A stretch of DNA of 33,657 nucleotides from Bacilli bacterium (GTDB lineage Bacteria; Bacillota_I; Bacilli_A; RF39; UBA660). Position numbers and translations under genes: made by a program. A model generated the notes under the pieces. It searched no databases. It saw nothing but the letters and a program-made list of their open reading frames with translations, and was not told the DNA's origin. Position 1 is the first letter of the stretch. Every line of letters starts with the position of its first letter. Below, piece after piece: positions 7,121-15,575 of this stretch. The stretch is taken from assembly GCA_036657555.1 (NCBI GenBank), contig JAVXGE010000001.1, forward strand, positions 1 through 33,657, read 5' to 3'.

Positions 7121-7564
7121 TTATTTTTGTTTAATAGTTTCTAAAACCTTCTCATTATCGTGAGAAACAATATAAACTAAATAATCACCTATTTTTGTTT
7201 CTTTCATATCAGTTACCAACTTTTCCTCAGCTGGAAAATAACCCATTGACCACCCAGCTTTATACTTTTTAATAAAGTTTGTAATATCTTCATTTGCTTG
7301 CTCATTTTTCGGTAAGAAAATAGCATACATACTACTAGTAGTAACATTATTTGACATACAAACAACAAATTCCTCAATATTTTTAGTATCAAAACCATAT
7401 TTATCATTTAATAATGTACTATCAATATAAGTATTAGCAAACATTTTATCATCGTTATAAGTTAAATTATTTAAATTAGTTTTCACTTTTTCAAGGTCTA
7501 TTTTTGTAGAACCACAACCTGTTATACATAATAAAGTAATAATAAATAATAATATTTTTTTCAT
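7121..7564 (-). CDS. Lipoprotein, DUF4358-like
   Basis: Signal peptide with lipobox MKKILLFIITLLCITGC; SD GAGGGA. The mature domain resembles DUF4358 lipoproteins of Clostridia/Erysipelotrichia; this is recognition by eye only. Confidence 0.7.
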   Translation of the reverse strand: MKKILLFIITLLCITGCGSTKIDLEKVKTNLNNLTYNDDKMFANTYIDSTLLNDKYGFDTKNIEEFVVCMSNNVTTSSMYAIFLPKNEQANEDITNFIKKYKAGWSMGYFPAEEKLVTDMKETKIGDYLVYIVSHDNEKVLETIKQK

Positions 7565-7649
7565 ATTTCCCTCTTTTTCTTTTGTTAATAAATTATATCA
7601 AACATCTTGTTTTATGTCAATAATATGGTATAATTAAAACGGTGATAAT

Positions 7650-8660
7650 ATGAGAAAGAAAAAAACAAAATTAAACATTAAAAACATAGTTATTTTTATC
7701 CTAATAATTTTACTTATTATATTTTGTTTAGTAAAACTATTTACTAAGAAAAATATTAAAGATAAGGAAGCACCAATTTTGACTTTAACAGGTAGTGATA
7801 TAACTATTTTTATAAATAGTCAATATAAGGAACCAGGGTTTAAAGCTATTGATAAAATAGATGGCGATTTAACCAATAAAGTAAAAGTTGAAGGACAAGT
7901 TGATTATAAAAAAGCCGGTCTTTATGAATTAAAATATACTGTTAGTGATAAAAGTAAAAATAAAGTAACTAAGACTAGAAAAGTTACCGTGAGCAAGGAT
8001 TCACCACTTGATATGAGTATAAAAGATTTTAAACTTAGTGGTTTATTTCCTGATGTTTTATTAAAAGAAACAACAAATTTAGGTAGTAATTATAGTGATG
8101 AATTTATTTATATGGGTGATTCTGTACCTTTATATTATGTTATTAATGATATAATTCCAGGTACCAAATTATGGCATAAAGAAGGCATAAATCCCGAAAC
8201 AGCATTAACTAATTCAATATACATTAATCATCAAGAAACTAACAAAACTTTTATTGAAAATATAGCAATAAAAAAACCCAAAAAAGTTTTATTAACTTTA
8301 GGAAGTAATAGTGCTGCTTATATGGAAAGTGCTTTCTTCATTAAAAATTATAAAAAATTACTTTTAGGGATGCAAGAAGTAAGTAAAGATACGATTTTTA
8401 TTGTTCAAAGTATTCCACCCGTTTCTAAAAATATCGACGAAACTAGTGCTTTAACAAATAAAAAAATTAACAATTTAAATTATTATCTTTTAGAAATGTG
8501 CAATGAATTAAATATTCCCTTTTTAAATTCGGCTGAAGTTTTAAAAGATGAAGAAGGTCATTTAAAAGAAGGCTATTATATTAAAGATGGAATTCATTTG
8601 ACAGCTAATGCTAATGAATTAATTATGAAATATTTTCAAAATCATACTTATAAAAAGTAA
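7650..8660 (+). CDS. Membrane-anchored Ig-like (DUF5011-type) plus SGNH/GDSL hydrolase-domain protein
   Basis: N-terminal TM anchor, then a DUF5011-like segment DKEAPILTLTGSDITIFINSQYKEPGFKAIDKIDGDLTNKV...YELKYTVSDKSKN. SGNH block I is YMGDSV and block V is DGIHLT. Confidence 0.7.
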   Translation: MRKKKTKLNIKNIVIFILIILLIIFCLVKLFTKKNIKDKEAPILTLTGSDITIFINSQYKEPGFKAIDKIDGDLTNKVKVEGQVDYKKAGLYELKYTVSDKSKNKVTKTRKVTVSKDSPLDMSIKDFKLSGLFPDVLLKETTNLGSNYSDEFIYMGDSVPLYYVINDIIPGTKLWHKEGINPETALTNSIYINHQETNKTFIENIAIKKPKKVLLTLGSNSAAYMESAFFIKNYKKLLLGMQEVSKDTIFIVQSIPPVSKNIDETSALTNKKINNLNYYLLEMCNELNIPFLNSAEVLKDEEGHLKEGYYIKDGIHLTANANELIMKYFQNHTYKK

Positions 8661-8681
8661 TCTTAAAAGATTATTTTTTTT
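8658..8681 (+). terminator. Weak intrinsic terminator after the SGNH gene
   Basis: Short A/T-rich stem TAATCT / AGATTA overlapping the stop codon, followed by an 8-T run. Confidence 0.4.
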
Positions 8682-8762
8682 AATTATTTATCATTTTTAA
8701 CAATTCTTGCAGGAATTCGACCTAGTTATGGCATATATAACTAGTAGGAGATAAAATAAATA

Positions 8763-8791
8763 TAGACAAACGAATTTTCGTTTGGTATAAT
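8763..8791 (+). promoter_or_regulatory. recG promoter with an embedded 18-nt near-palindrome (possible operator)
   Basis: -35 TAGACA (8763-8768), 17-nt spacer, extended -10 TGgTATAAT (8783-8791). The spacer is almost entirely the palindrome CAAACGAAT/TTTCGTTTG (8767-8784). Confidence 0.45.
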
Positions 8792-8809
8792 GTTAGAAGA
8801 AGGTGGCTT

Positions 8810-10786
8810 ATGGAATTAGAACAAATAAAAGGGATTGGTCCTAGGACAATTAATACATTAAGACGATTAGGAATTAATGATAGTTATGATTTAATGACTT
8901 ATTACCCTTATCGATTTAATATAATTGAAAAAAGTGATATAGCATTATTAAATAATGATGATAAAATAACAATGGACGGAATTATTGAAAGTATTCCTAC
9001 CTTATGTTATTTACGAGGTCATAAAGATAAAATGGATTTTCGATTAAATACCGGCAAATCAATTATGAATATAATGATTTTTAACCGTGGTTTTTTAAAA
9101 TCAAAATTAAATATTGGAACTAAAGTAAGTATTTTTGGTAAATATGATAAAAAGAAAAATACCATAATTGCTAGTGATATTAGACTCGGTTTAATTAGTA
9201 GTCTTCCTAAAATTGAACCGGTTTATCATGTCACAACAGGCATTAATAGTAATGGTTTAAATGGATTAATTAAAGCCACTTTTAATGATGATATTATTGA
9301 TTATATTCCTAATTATTTAAATGAAAAATATGATTTTTTAAGTAAAAAAGAAAGTTTAAAAGAAATTCATAATCCTAAAAATTTCAGTATTTTAAAACAA
9401 GCTATGAGTAAATTAAAATATGAAGAATTATTTATTTTTATGTTAAAAATGAATTATTTAAAAGAAAAAAAGGGTACAGATGGTTTGAAAAGAGATGTTC
9501 CTAAAATAAAAGTAGATGAATTTATTACAAAATTGCCTTTTATTTTAACGAGTGATCAAATTAAAAGTATTAATGAAATATATAAAGATTTAATAAGCTC
9601 TAAAAGGATGAATCGTTTATTACAAGGTGATGTTGGAAGTGGGAAAACGGTTGTGGCTTTTGCTAGTTTATATATTAATTATCTAGGTGGTTATCAAGGT
9701 GCTTTAATGGCACCAACAGAAATATTAGCTAAACAACATTATTTAAATATTAAAAAGACCTTGCCGGATTTGAAAATTGTTTTATTAACTGGCAAATTAA
9801 AAACAAAAGAAAAAAGAGAAATATATAAAGGTTTAAAAGATAATTCTATTGATATTGTTATTGGAACTCATGCTTTAATTAGTCAAGATGTTAAATATAA
9901 TAATCTTGGTTTAGTTATAACTGATGAACAACATCGGTTTGGCGTTAATCAAAGAAGTGAACTTAAAAATAAAGGTTTAATGCCAGATATTTTATACATG
10001 AGTGCTACTCCTATTCCAAGAACTTATGCAATAACTTTATTTGGTGATATGGATATTTCTAATATTAAAACAAAACCTGTGGGTCGAAAAGATGTTATTA
10101 CAACTTTAAAAATGGAAGCAGATATGAAAGATGTTTTAAAAAGTATGTATCAAGAATTACAAAATAATCATCAAGTCTATGTTATAGCTCCTTTAATTGA
10201 AGAAAGTGAGAAAATAGTTTTAGAAAATGTTAATAAATTAAAAGAAAAGATGGAACGAGCTTTTGGTAAATTATATAATATTGGGGTTATGCATGGTAAA
10301 TTAAGTGGTCTTGAAAAAGAAGAAGTTATGACAAAATTTCAAAATAATGAACTTCAAATTTTAATTAGTACGACTGTTGTTGAAGTAGGAGTTGATGTTA
10401 GTAATGCTACTTTGATGGTTGTTTTCGACAGTTATCGTTTTGGATTATCGGCGCTTCATCAATTAAGGGGTCGGGTTGGTCGAAGTTGTATTCAATCTTA
10501 TTTTATTATGATAAGTAATAATGAAGCCGAGCGTTTAAATGTTTTAACAAAAACTAATGATGGTTTTTTAATTAGTGAGGCTGATTTTAAATTACGTGGT
10601 AGTGGGGATTTATTTGGAATTAAACAAAGTGGGGATATGCAGTTTAAAATAGCTGATTTAAAAAAAGATTTTCAAATGTTAGTTAAAGCTAAAGAAGATA
10701 GTAAAGAGTTTTTAGATAAATATATAATTGATGTTAGATATAAACATATTAGTGATACTTTAAAACAGTTAACTAATTTAGATTAA
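8810..10786 (+). CDS. recG: ATP-dependent DNA helicase RecG
   Basis: 658 aa with an N-terminal wedge region, helicase motifs GDVGSGKT and DEQHRFG, and the C-terminal QLRGRVGR / TRG-type motif. Confidence 0.9.
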   Translation: MELEQIKGIGPRTINTLRRLGINDSYDLMTYYPYRFNIIEKSDIALLNNDDKITMDGIIESIPTLCYLRGHKDKMDFRLNTGKSIMNIMIFNRGFLKSKLNIGTKVSIFGKYDKKKNTIIASDIRLGLISSLPKIEPVYHVTTGINSNGLNGLIKATFNDDIIDYIPNYLNEKYDFLSKKESLKEIHNPKNFSILKQAMSKLKYEELFIFMLKMNYLKEKKGTDGLKRDVPKIKVDEFITKLPFILTSDQIKSINEIYKDLISSKRMNRLLQGDVGSGKTVVAFASLYINYLGGYQGALMAPTEILAKQHYLNIKKTLPDLKIVLLTGKLKTKEKREIYKGLKDNSIDIVIGTHALISQDVKYNNLGLVITDEQHRFGVNQRSELKNKGLMPDILYMSATPIPRTYAITLFGDMDISNIKTKPVGRKDVITTLKMEADMKDVLKSMYQELQNNHQVYVIAPLIEESEKIVLENVNKLKEKMERAFGKLYNIGVMHGKLSGLEKEEVMTKFQNNELQILISTTVVEVGVDVSNATLMVVFDSYRFGLSALHQLRGRVGRSCIQSYFIMISNNEAERLNVLTKTNDGFLISEADFKLRGSGDLFGIKQSGDMQFKIADLKKDFQMLVKAKEDSKEFLDKYIIDVRYKHISDTLKQLTNLD

Positions 10787-10843
10787 CATATTTACTTTGA
10801 TTATTTTAAATGTTATACTAGATAAGAAATTTGAGGTGGATAT

Positions 10844-11944
10844 ATGAGCTTAACAGCTGGGATTGTTGGATTACCTAATGTTGGTAAAAGCACTTTATTT
10901 AATGCAATAACAAAACAAAATATTTTGGCCGCTAATTATCCTTTTGCTACGATTGAACCCAATGTAGGAGTCGTTATCGTACCGGATAAAAGATTAGATT
11001 TTTTAAATGATCTATATAAACCTAAGAGTTTAGTTCCGACAACTTTTGAATTTACAGATATTGCGGGTTTAGTCAAAGGAGCTTCAAAAGGTGAGGGCTT
11101 AGGTAACAAATTCCTTAGTCATATTCGAGAAGTTGATGCCATTGTTGAAGTTGTTCGTTGTTTTGAAGATAAAAATATTATCCATGTTGAAAACAATATT
11201 GATCCAATTAGAGATATTGAAATTATTAATGTCGAACTTATTTTAGCTGATATAGAAGTTATTGAAAATAGAATTAATCGAGTTGGTAAGAAAGCTAATC
11301 AAAGTCATGATAAAGATAGTTTAAAAGAAGTGACTTTGCTAGAAAAAGTTAAAGAAAATCTCCTTAAAGATTTTCCAATCCGACGAATGGAATTAACTGA
11401 AGAAGAAATAAAAATATTAAAACCTTTTAATTTTTTAACTTTAAAACCAATAATTTATATGGCTAATGTTAGTGAAAGTGATTTATTAAAAAAAGATAAT
11501 ATATATGTTGACCAAGTAATTGGTTATGCCCAAAGTGAAAATGCTAAAGTTATTAAAGTGTGTGCTAAAATTGAAGAAGAATTAAGTGAATTAACCGAAG
11601 AAGAAAAAGCTTTATTTTTAGATGACTTAGGTATTAGTGAAAGTGGTTTAAATAAATTAATTAAGGCCACTTATTCTTTACTTGGCTTAGCAACTTTTTT
11701 TACATCTGGAACTGATGAAGTTCGCGCTTGGACTTTTATTAATGGTATGAAAGCCCCACAATGTGCCGGCATTATTCATACGGATTTTGAAAGAGGTTTT
11801 ATTAGAGCTGAAGTAATGAGCTATTATGATTTAGAAAAATATGGTAGTGAAAAGCTTGTAAAAGAAGCCGGCAAAACACGCTTAGAAGGTAAAGAATATT
11901 TAATGAAAGACGGCGACATTTGTTATTTTAGATTTAATGTTTAA
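10844..11944 (+). CDS. ychF: Ribosome-binding ATPase YchF (Obg-like GTPase family)
   Basis: GIVGLPNVGKSTLFNA, DIAGLVKGAS, and a C-terminal TGS-like GFIRAEV...DGDICYFRFNV. Confidence 0.9.
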   Translation: MSLTAGIVGLPNVGKSTLFNAITKQNILAANYPFATIEPNVGVVIVPDKRLDFLNDLYKPKSLVPTTFEFTDIAGLVKGASKGEGLGNKFLSHIREVDAIVEVVRCFEDKNIIHVENNIDPIRDIEIINVELILADIEVIENRINRVGKKANQSHDKDSLKEVTLLEKVKENLLKDFPIRRMELTEEEIKILKPFNFLTLKPIIYMANVSESDLLKKDNIYVDQVIGYAQSENAKVIKVCAKIEEELSELTEEEKALFLDDLGISESGLNKLIKATYSLLGLATFFTSGTDEVRAWTFINGMKAPQCAGIIHTDFERGFIRAEVMSYYDLEKYGSEKLVKEAGKTRLEGKEYLMKDGDICYFRFNV

Positions 11945-12416
11945 TTATAAAAGTTAAAATTATATCCCAAATAAAAATAAATATTAAAATAATTATTGCC
12001 CAATTAGGAATATATTTAATTATTTTATCCGTTAAAGGCTTTAAAAAACAAACTAATAAAATAGAACATAAGCCCCATATTAAAGCCATTTCTAAGGCAA
12101 TATATTTACCAATATTAAATTTATAAGCACTATAGTCCCAAAAAGTAATATGAAAAATATATTCAATTAAATACCCACCAAGTGCTTCTATAAAAGAAAG
12201 TAAAAGGAAGCCGATTAAAAAAATTATAAAAAATTTGGTCACTTTACTTAAGGACCATTTTTTATTTATAAAATTATATATAAAAATAATAATAACAGCA
12301 CCCAATCCATAAATAGGAGTCCAATAACTTAATAGAATTCCACTTTTATTAAATAAAAAAATTTCTAAACCATGTCCTAAAATTGCATATAAGAAAAAAC
12401 AAATTAAATAATACAT
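11934..12416 (-). CDS. Small polytopic membrane protein (PF06541-like 'putative ABC-transporter type IV' family)
   Basis: 160 aa with 4-5 TM segments. The N-terminus MYYLICFFLYAILGHGLEIF resembles that family. SD AAAGGTGA. The 3' end overlaps the ychF 3' end by 11 nt in convergent orientation. Confidence 0.6.
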   Translation of the reverse strand: MYYLICFFLYAILGHGLEIFLFNKSGILLSYWTPIYGLGAVIIIFIYNFINKKWSLSKVTKFFIIFLIGFLLLSFIEALGGYLIEYIFHITFWDYSAYKFNIGKYIALEMALIWGLCSILLVCFLKPLTDKIIKYIPNWAIIILIFIFIWDIILTFIIKH

Positions 12417-12560
12417 AATTTCACCTTTAGTATTATGGCTTATTTAATTAAAAGTAATCGATTTAGTGGTACAATTATATTGTATAGTTAAGTTTTATAA
12501 AATATATAATAATATTTTAAGTTGAAAATAATTAGTATATATACAAAAGTATCTGTTTTT

Positions 12561-12662
12561 TTGATATAATAGTGATAAGAAGTTCCATGAAAGTTATATT
12601 GATGAGTATAACTATATCGTGAAACTACAAAATATTTTATTTATAAGAAAGAAGGAATATTT
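12561..12662 (+). promoter_or_regulatory. Promoter and ~90-nt structured leader of the glycosyltransferase operon
   Basis: Extended -10 TGATATAAT (12562-12570). The leader contains a perfect 7-bp hairpin AGTTATA (12592-12598) / TATAACT (12607-12613) and a possible 11-codon uORF (12587..12622). Confidence 0.35.
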
Positions 12663-13622
12663 ATGAAAACCCCTATTTTATATCTTGTCGTTCCTTGTTA
12701 CAATGAAGAAGAAGTTTTATTAGAAACAACCAACCAATTACGTCTTAAAATGAACACTTTAATTAAAAATAAAAAGATTTCTAAGGAAAGTCATGTTGTT
12801 TTTATTAATGATGGTTCGAAAGATAATACTTGGGAAATGATTGAAGAAATACATGCCAATGATTCTTTATTTTCAGGTATAAAATTATCCCGTAATTGTG
12901 GACATCAAAATGCCGTTATGGCAGGATTGATGACTTGTCGTGATAAAGCTGATGCCATTATATCTTTAGATGCTGATTTACAAGATGATATTAATGCTAT
13001 TGATAGTATGGTTGAAAAATATAAAGAAGGTAATGAAATTGTTTATGGCGTTCGTTCTTCCCGCAAAAAAGACACTTTTTTCAAGCGGACAACAGCACAA
13101 GGATTCTATAAATTTGCTAAAAAAATGGATGTCGAAATGGTTTACAACCATGCTGATTATCGTTTATTAAGCAAGAAAGCTTTAGAAGCTTTATCAGAAT
13201 TCAAAGAGGTTAATTTATTTTTAAGAGGTATGGTTCCAATGCTTGGATTTAAACAAGATGTTGTTTATTACGAAAGACAAGAAAGATTTGCTGGGACATC
13301 TAAATATCCGTTAAAAAAAATGCTTGCTTTAGCAATGAATGGAATTACAGGTTCTTCAATAAAACCGGCTTTAATAATTACAAAATTAGGATTTCTTACT
13401 TTAATTATTAGTTTTATTTTAATTTTAATTTTTTTAGTCAAGTTTTTTATGGGCTTAACCGTAGCTGGTTGGCCAACAATCGTTATTTCCATTTGGTTAT
13501 TAGGTGGCCTTAATTTAACGGCCATCGGCATACTAGGACAATATGTTGGAAAAACATATATGGAAACAAAACATCGACCATTATATATAATTGAAAAAAT
13601 TGTTCATAAAAAGGGTGATTAA
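12663..13622 (+). CDS. GT2-family polyprenyl-phosphate glycosyltransferase (GtrB/CsbB-like)
   Basis: N-terminal GT-A domain (LYLVVPCYNEEEVL, INDGSKDNT, LDADLQDD) and two C-terminal TM helices, the typical GtrB/CsbB architecture. Confidence 0.85.
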   Translation: MKTPILYLVVPCYNEEEVLLETTNQLRLKMNTLIKNKKISKESHVVFINDGSKDNTWEMIEEIHANDSLFSGIKLSRNCGHQNAVMAGLMTCRDKADAIISLDADLQDDINAIDSMVEKYKEGNEIVYGVRSSRKKDTFFKRTTAQGFYKFAKKMDVEMVYNHADYRLLSKKALEALSEFKEVNLFLRGMVPMLGFKQDVVYYERQERFAGTSKYPLKKMLALAMNGITGSSIKPALIITKLGFLTLIISFILILIFLVKFFMGLTVAGWPTIVISIWLLGGLNLTAIGILGQYVGKTYMETKHRPLYIIEKIVHKKGD

Positions 13623-13624
13623 AT

Positions 13625-15121
13625 ATGCTTAATAAAAATAAAAATAAAATATGTTTTTTTGTTATAATAGCTTTCATAATAACTTTAATACCTTTATTTA
13701 TTTTATCTTTTTATAATCATCCTTCCAATGATGATTTTTACTACGGGTCAAAAACATATCATACCTACCAAGAAACTGGTTCTATTTTAAATACTTTATC
13801 ATCAGCTGTTGATCAAGTAAAAGAAACTTATATTAATTGGCAAGGAACTTATAGTGCAGTTTTCTTATTTTCTTTACAACCAGCAATATTTAGCGAAAAT
13901 GTATATTGGATAGGAACATTTATTCTCTTATTTAGTTTAATAATAACAACTTTATTTTTGTCATTTGTTTTATTAAAAAAGTATTGTCATAGTTCAACCG
14001 TTATGTGGTTATTAGTTAGCATCCCTATTTTATTTTTAGAAATTCAATTGTTAGTATCACCATTACAAGGCTTTTATTGGTGGAACGGGTCCATTTATTA
14101 TTTGTTTTTCTATTGTTTATCCCTTATTTTATATGCATTACTATTACTTTATTTAAAAAGTTCTAATAAAATTAAAAATGGTTTCTATTTAATTATAAGT
14201 TTTATTTTAGCTTTTATAATTGGCGGTGGTAACTATGTAACAGCTTTAATAACAGCTATTTTATTATTTTTCTTAACTATTTATACCTTTTTTAAAAAAA
14301 GAAATAAAGCGTTACCATGTTTATTATTACTATTATTTTTCTTAGGATGCTTCGCTATTAGTATAACAGCTCCTGGTAATGCAGTTCGAGCTTTATCATA
14401 TCCATCTAGCCCTTCACCCATTTTAGCAATTTTAGAATCTTTCTATTTTGCCTTTCATTTTATTGGTAAATGGACTAATTTAACAATTATCTTTTTTATG
14501 TTTTTATTAAGTTTAGGATTTTATAAAATAGTTAATAATACTAAATTAAGCTTTAAATATCCTTTATTAGTTCTTATTATTTCATTCGGTATTTTTGCAG
14601 CTTGTTTTACGCCGCCTTGTTATGCCATGGGTTCTTTTGGGGCTGATCGTATTTTAAATATAATATATTTTAGTTATTATTGGTTTTTAATAATTAATAC
14701 CTTTTATTTTATTGGCTGGTTGAAAAATAAAAAAATTAAGTTTATTGATACTTCATATGACAAAATAATGAAAAGTAAAAAAAGTTGTTGTTATTTATTA
14801 ATTTTAACGGGTTTCTTTTTGTTTTTACCATTAACAAGTATTGAAGATTTAACGACTTGGCAAGGAAAACCTTATACAAGTATTAATGCTATATATTCTT
14901 TAACAACTTCTGAAGCTTCGCGATATAATCAGGAATGCTTAAAAAGAATTGAAAGCTTTCAAAATAAAGAATTAAAAAATGTTGTTTTAAATCCTTTTAC
15001 AGTTCATCCTTATTCTTTATATTATTCGGATTTAACAGGTGATAAAGATTATCAATGGTCGAATGATCCAATTAGAAAATATTATGATAAAGAATCAGTT
15101 ATTGTAAACTGGGATAGATGA
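13625..15121 (+). CDS. Large polytopic membrane protein, probable GT-C-type glycosyltransferase (GtrC/YfhO/DUF6056-like partner of the GT2)
   Basis: 498 aa with about 11-13 TM segments and a soluble C-terminal domain. It starts 2 nt after the GT2 stop. The function is inferred from architecture and synteny only. Confidence 0.55.
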   Translation: MLNKNKNKICFFVIIAFIITLIPLFILSFYNHPSNDDFYYGSKTYHTYQETGSILNTLSSAVDQVKETYINWQGTYSAVFLFSLQPAIFSENVYWIGTFILLFSLIITTLFLSFVLLKKYCHSSTVMWLLVSIPILFLEIQLLVSPLQGFYWWNGSIYYLFFYCLSLILYALLLLYLKSSNKIKNGFYLIISFILAFIIGGGNYVTALITAILLFFLTIYTFFKKRNKALPCLLLLLFFLGCFAISITAPGNAVRALSYPSSPSPILAILESFYFAFHFIGKWTNLTIIFFMFLLSLGFYKIVNNTKLSFKYPLLVLIISFGIFAACFTPPCYAMGSFGADRILNIIYFSYYWFLIINTFYFIGWLKNKKIKFIDTSYDKIMKSKKSCCYLLILTGFFLFLPLTSIEDLTTWQGKPYTSINAIYSLTTSEASRYNQECLKRIESFQNKELKNVVLNPFTVHPYSLYYSDLTGDKDYQWSNDPIRKYYDKESVIVNWDR

Positions 15122-15176
15122 TTTCCTAATTAATAGTGAATAGTTACATTTAATTACATATAATTTATAAAAAGTG

Positions 15177-15272
15177 TTTACAAAAGAAAGAAAGCTTGTT
15201 ATAATCAAAAGTGAGTAAGAGATTTACTCCTTGCTTTTTAAGTAAAGCCAAAGACCATAAGGAGGTGGAAAA
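15177..15272 (+). promoter_or_regulatory. rpsF promoter and 5' leader (candidate S6:S18-binding autoregulatory leader)
   Basis: -35 TTTACA (15177-15182), 17-nt spacer, extended -10 TGtTATAAT (15197-15205). Leader hairpin GAGTAA (15213-15218) / TTACTC (15224-15229) lies upstream of SD AAGGAGGTGG. Confidence 0.5.
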
Positions 15273-15563
15273 ATGCGTAAATATGAAATTATGTTTATTG
15301 CTAGACCAACATTAAGTGAAGGTGAATATAAAGCTTTAGTAGCTAAATTTACAACAATCTTAAAAGATAATGGTGCTAGTATAACTAATGAAAAAGACAT
15401 GGGTCAAAGAGAATTAGCTTATGAAATTAAGAAATTCAAAACCGGTTTTTATTATTTAGTAAATATTGATGCTGAAAATGATACTGCTATTAATGAATTT
15501 GATCGTCAAGCAAGAAATAGCTCTGATGTTGTTCGTCATTTAATTACAAGAATTGAAGATTAG
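15273..15563 (+). CDS. rpsF: 30S ribosomal protein S6
   Basis: MRKYEIMFIARP... is a typical S6 N-terminus, in the canonical rpsF-ssb-rpsR arrangement. Confidence 0.95.
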   Translation: MRKYEIMFIARPTLSEGEYKALVAKFTTILKDNGASITNEKDMGQRELAYEIKKFKTGFYYLVNIDAENDTAINEFDRQARNSSDVVRHLITRIED

Positions 15564-15575
15564 GAGATAAAGTAT

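Noticed and set aside
7213-7407. 64-aa minus-strand ORF in an alternative frame inside the lipoprotein gene
   Set aside because: It is nested in another frame of a CDS that has a clear signal peptide and lipobox, and nothing supports it independently.
12970-13531. ORFs 12970..13170 (+, alternative frame) and 13268..13531 (-) inside the GT2 gene
   Set aside because: These are shadow ORFs within a CDS that has clear GT2 motifs.
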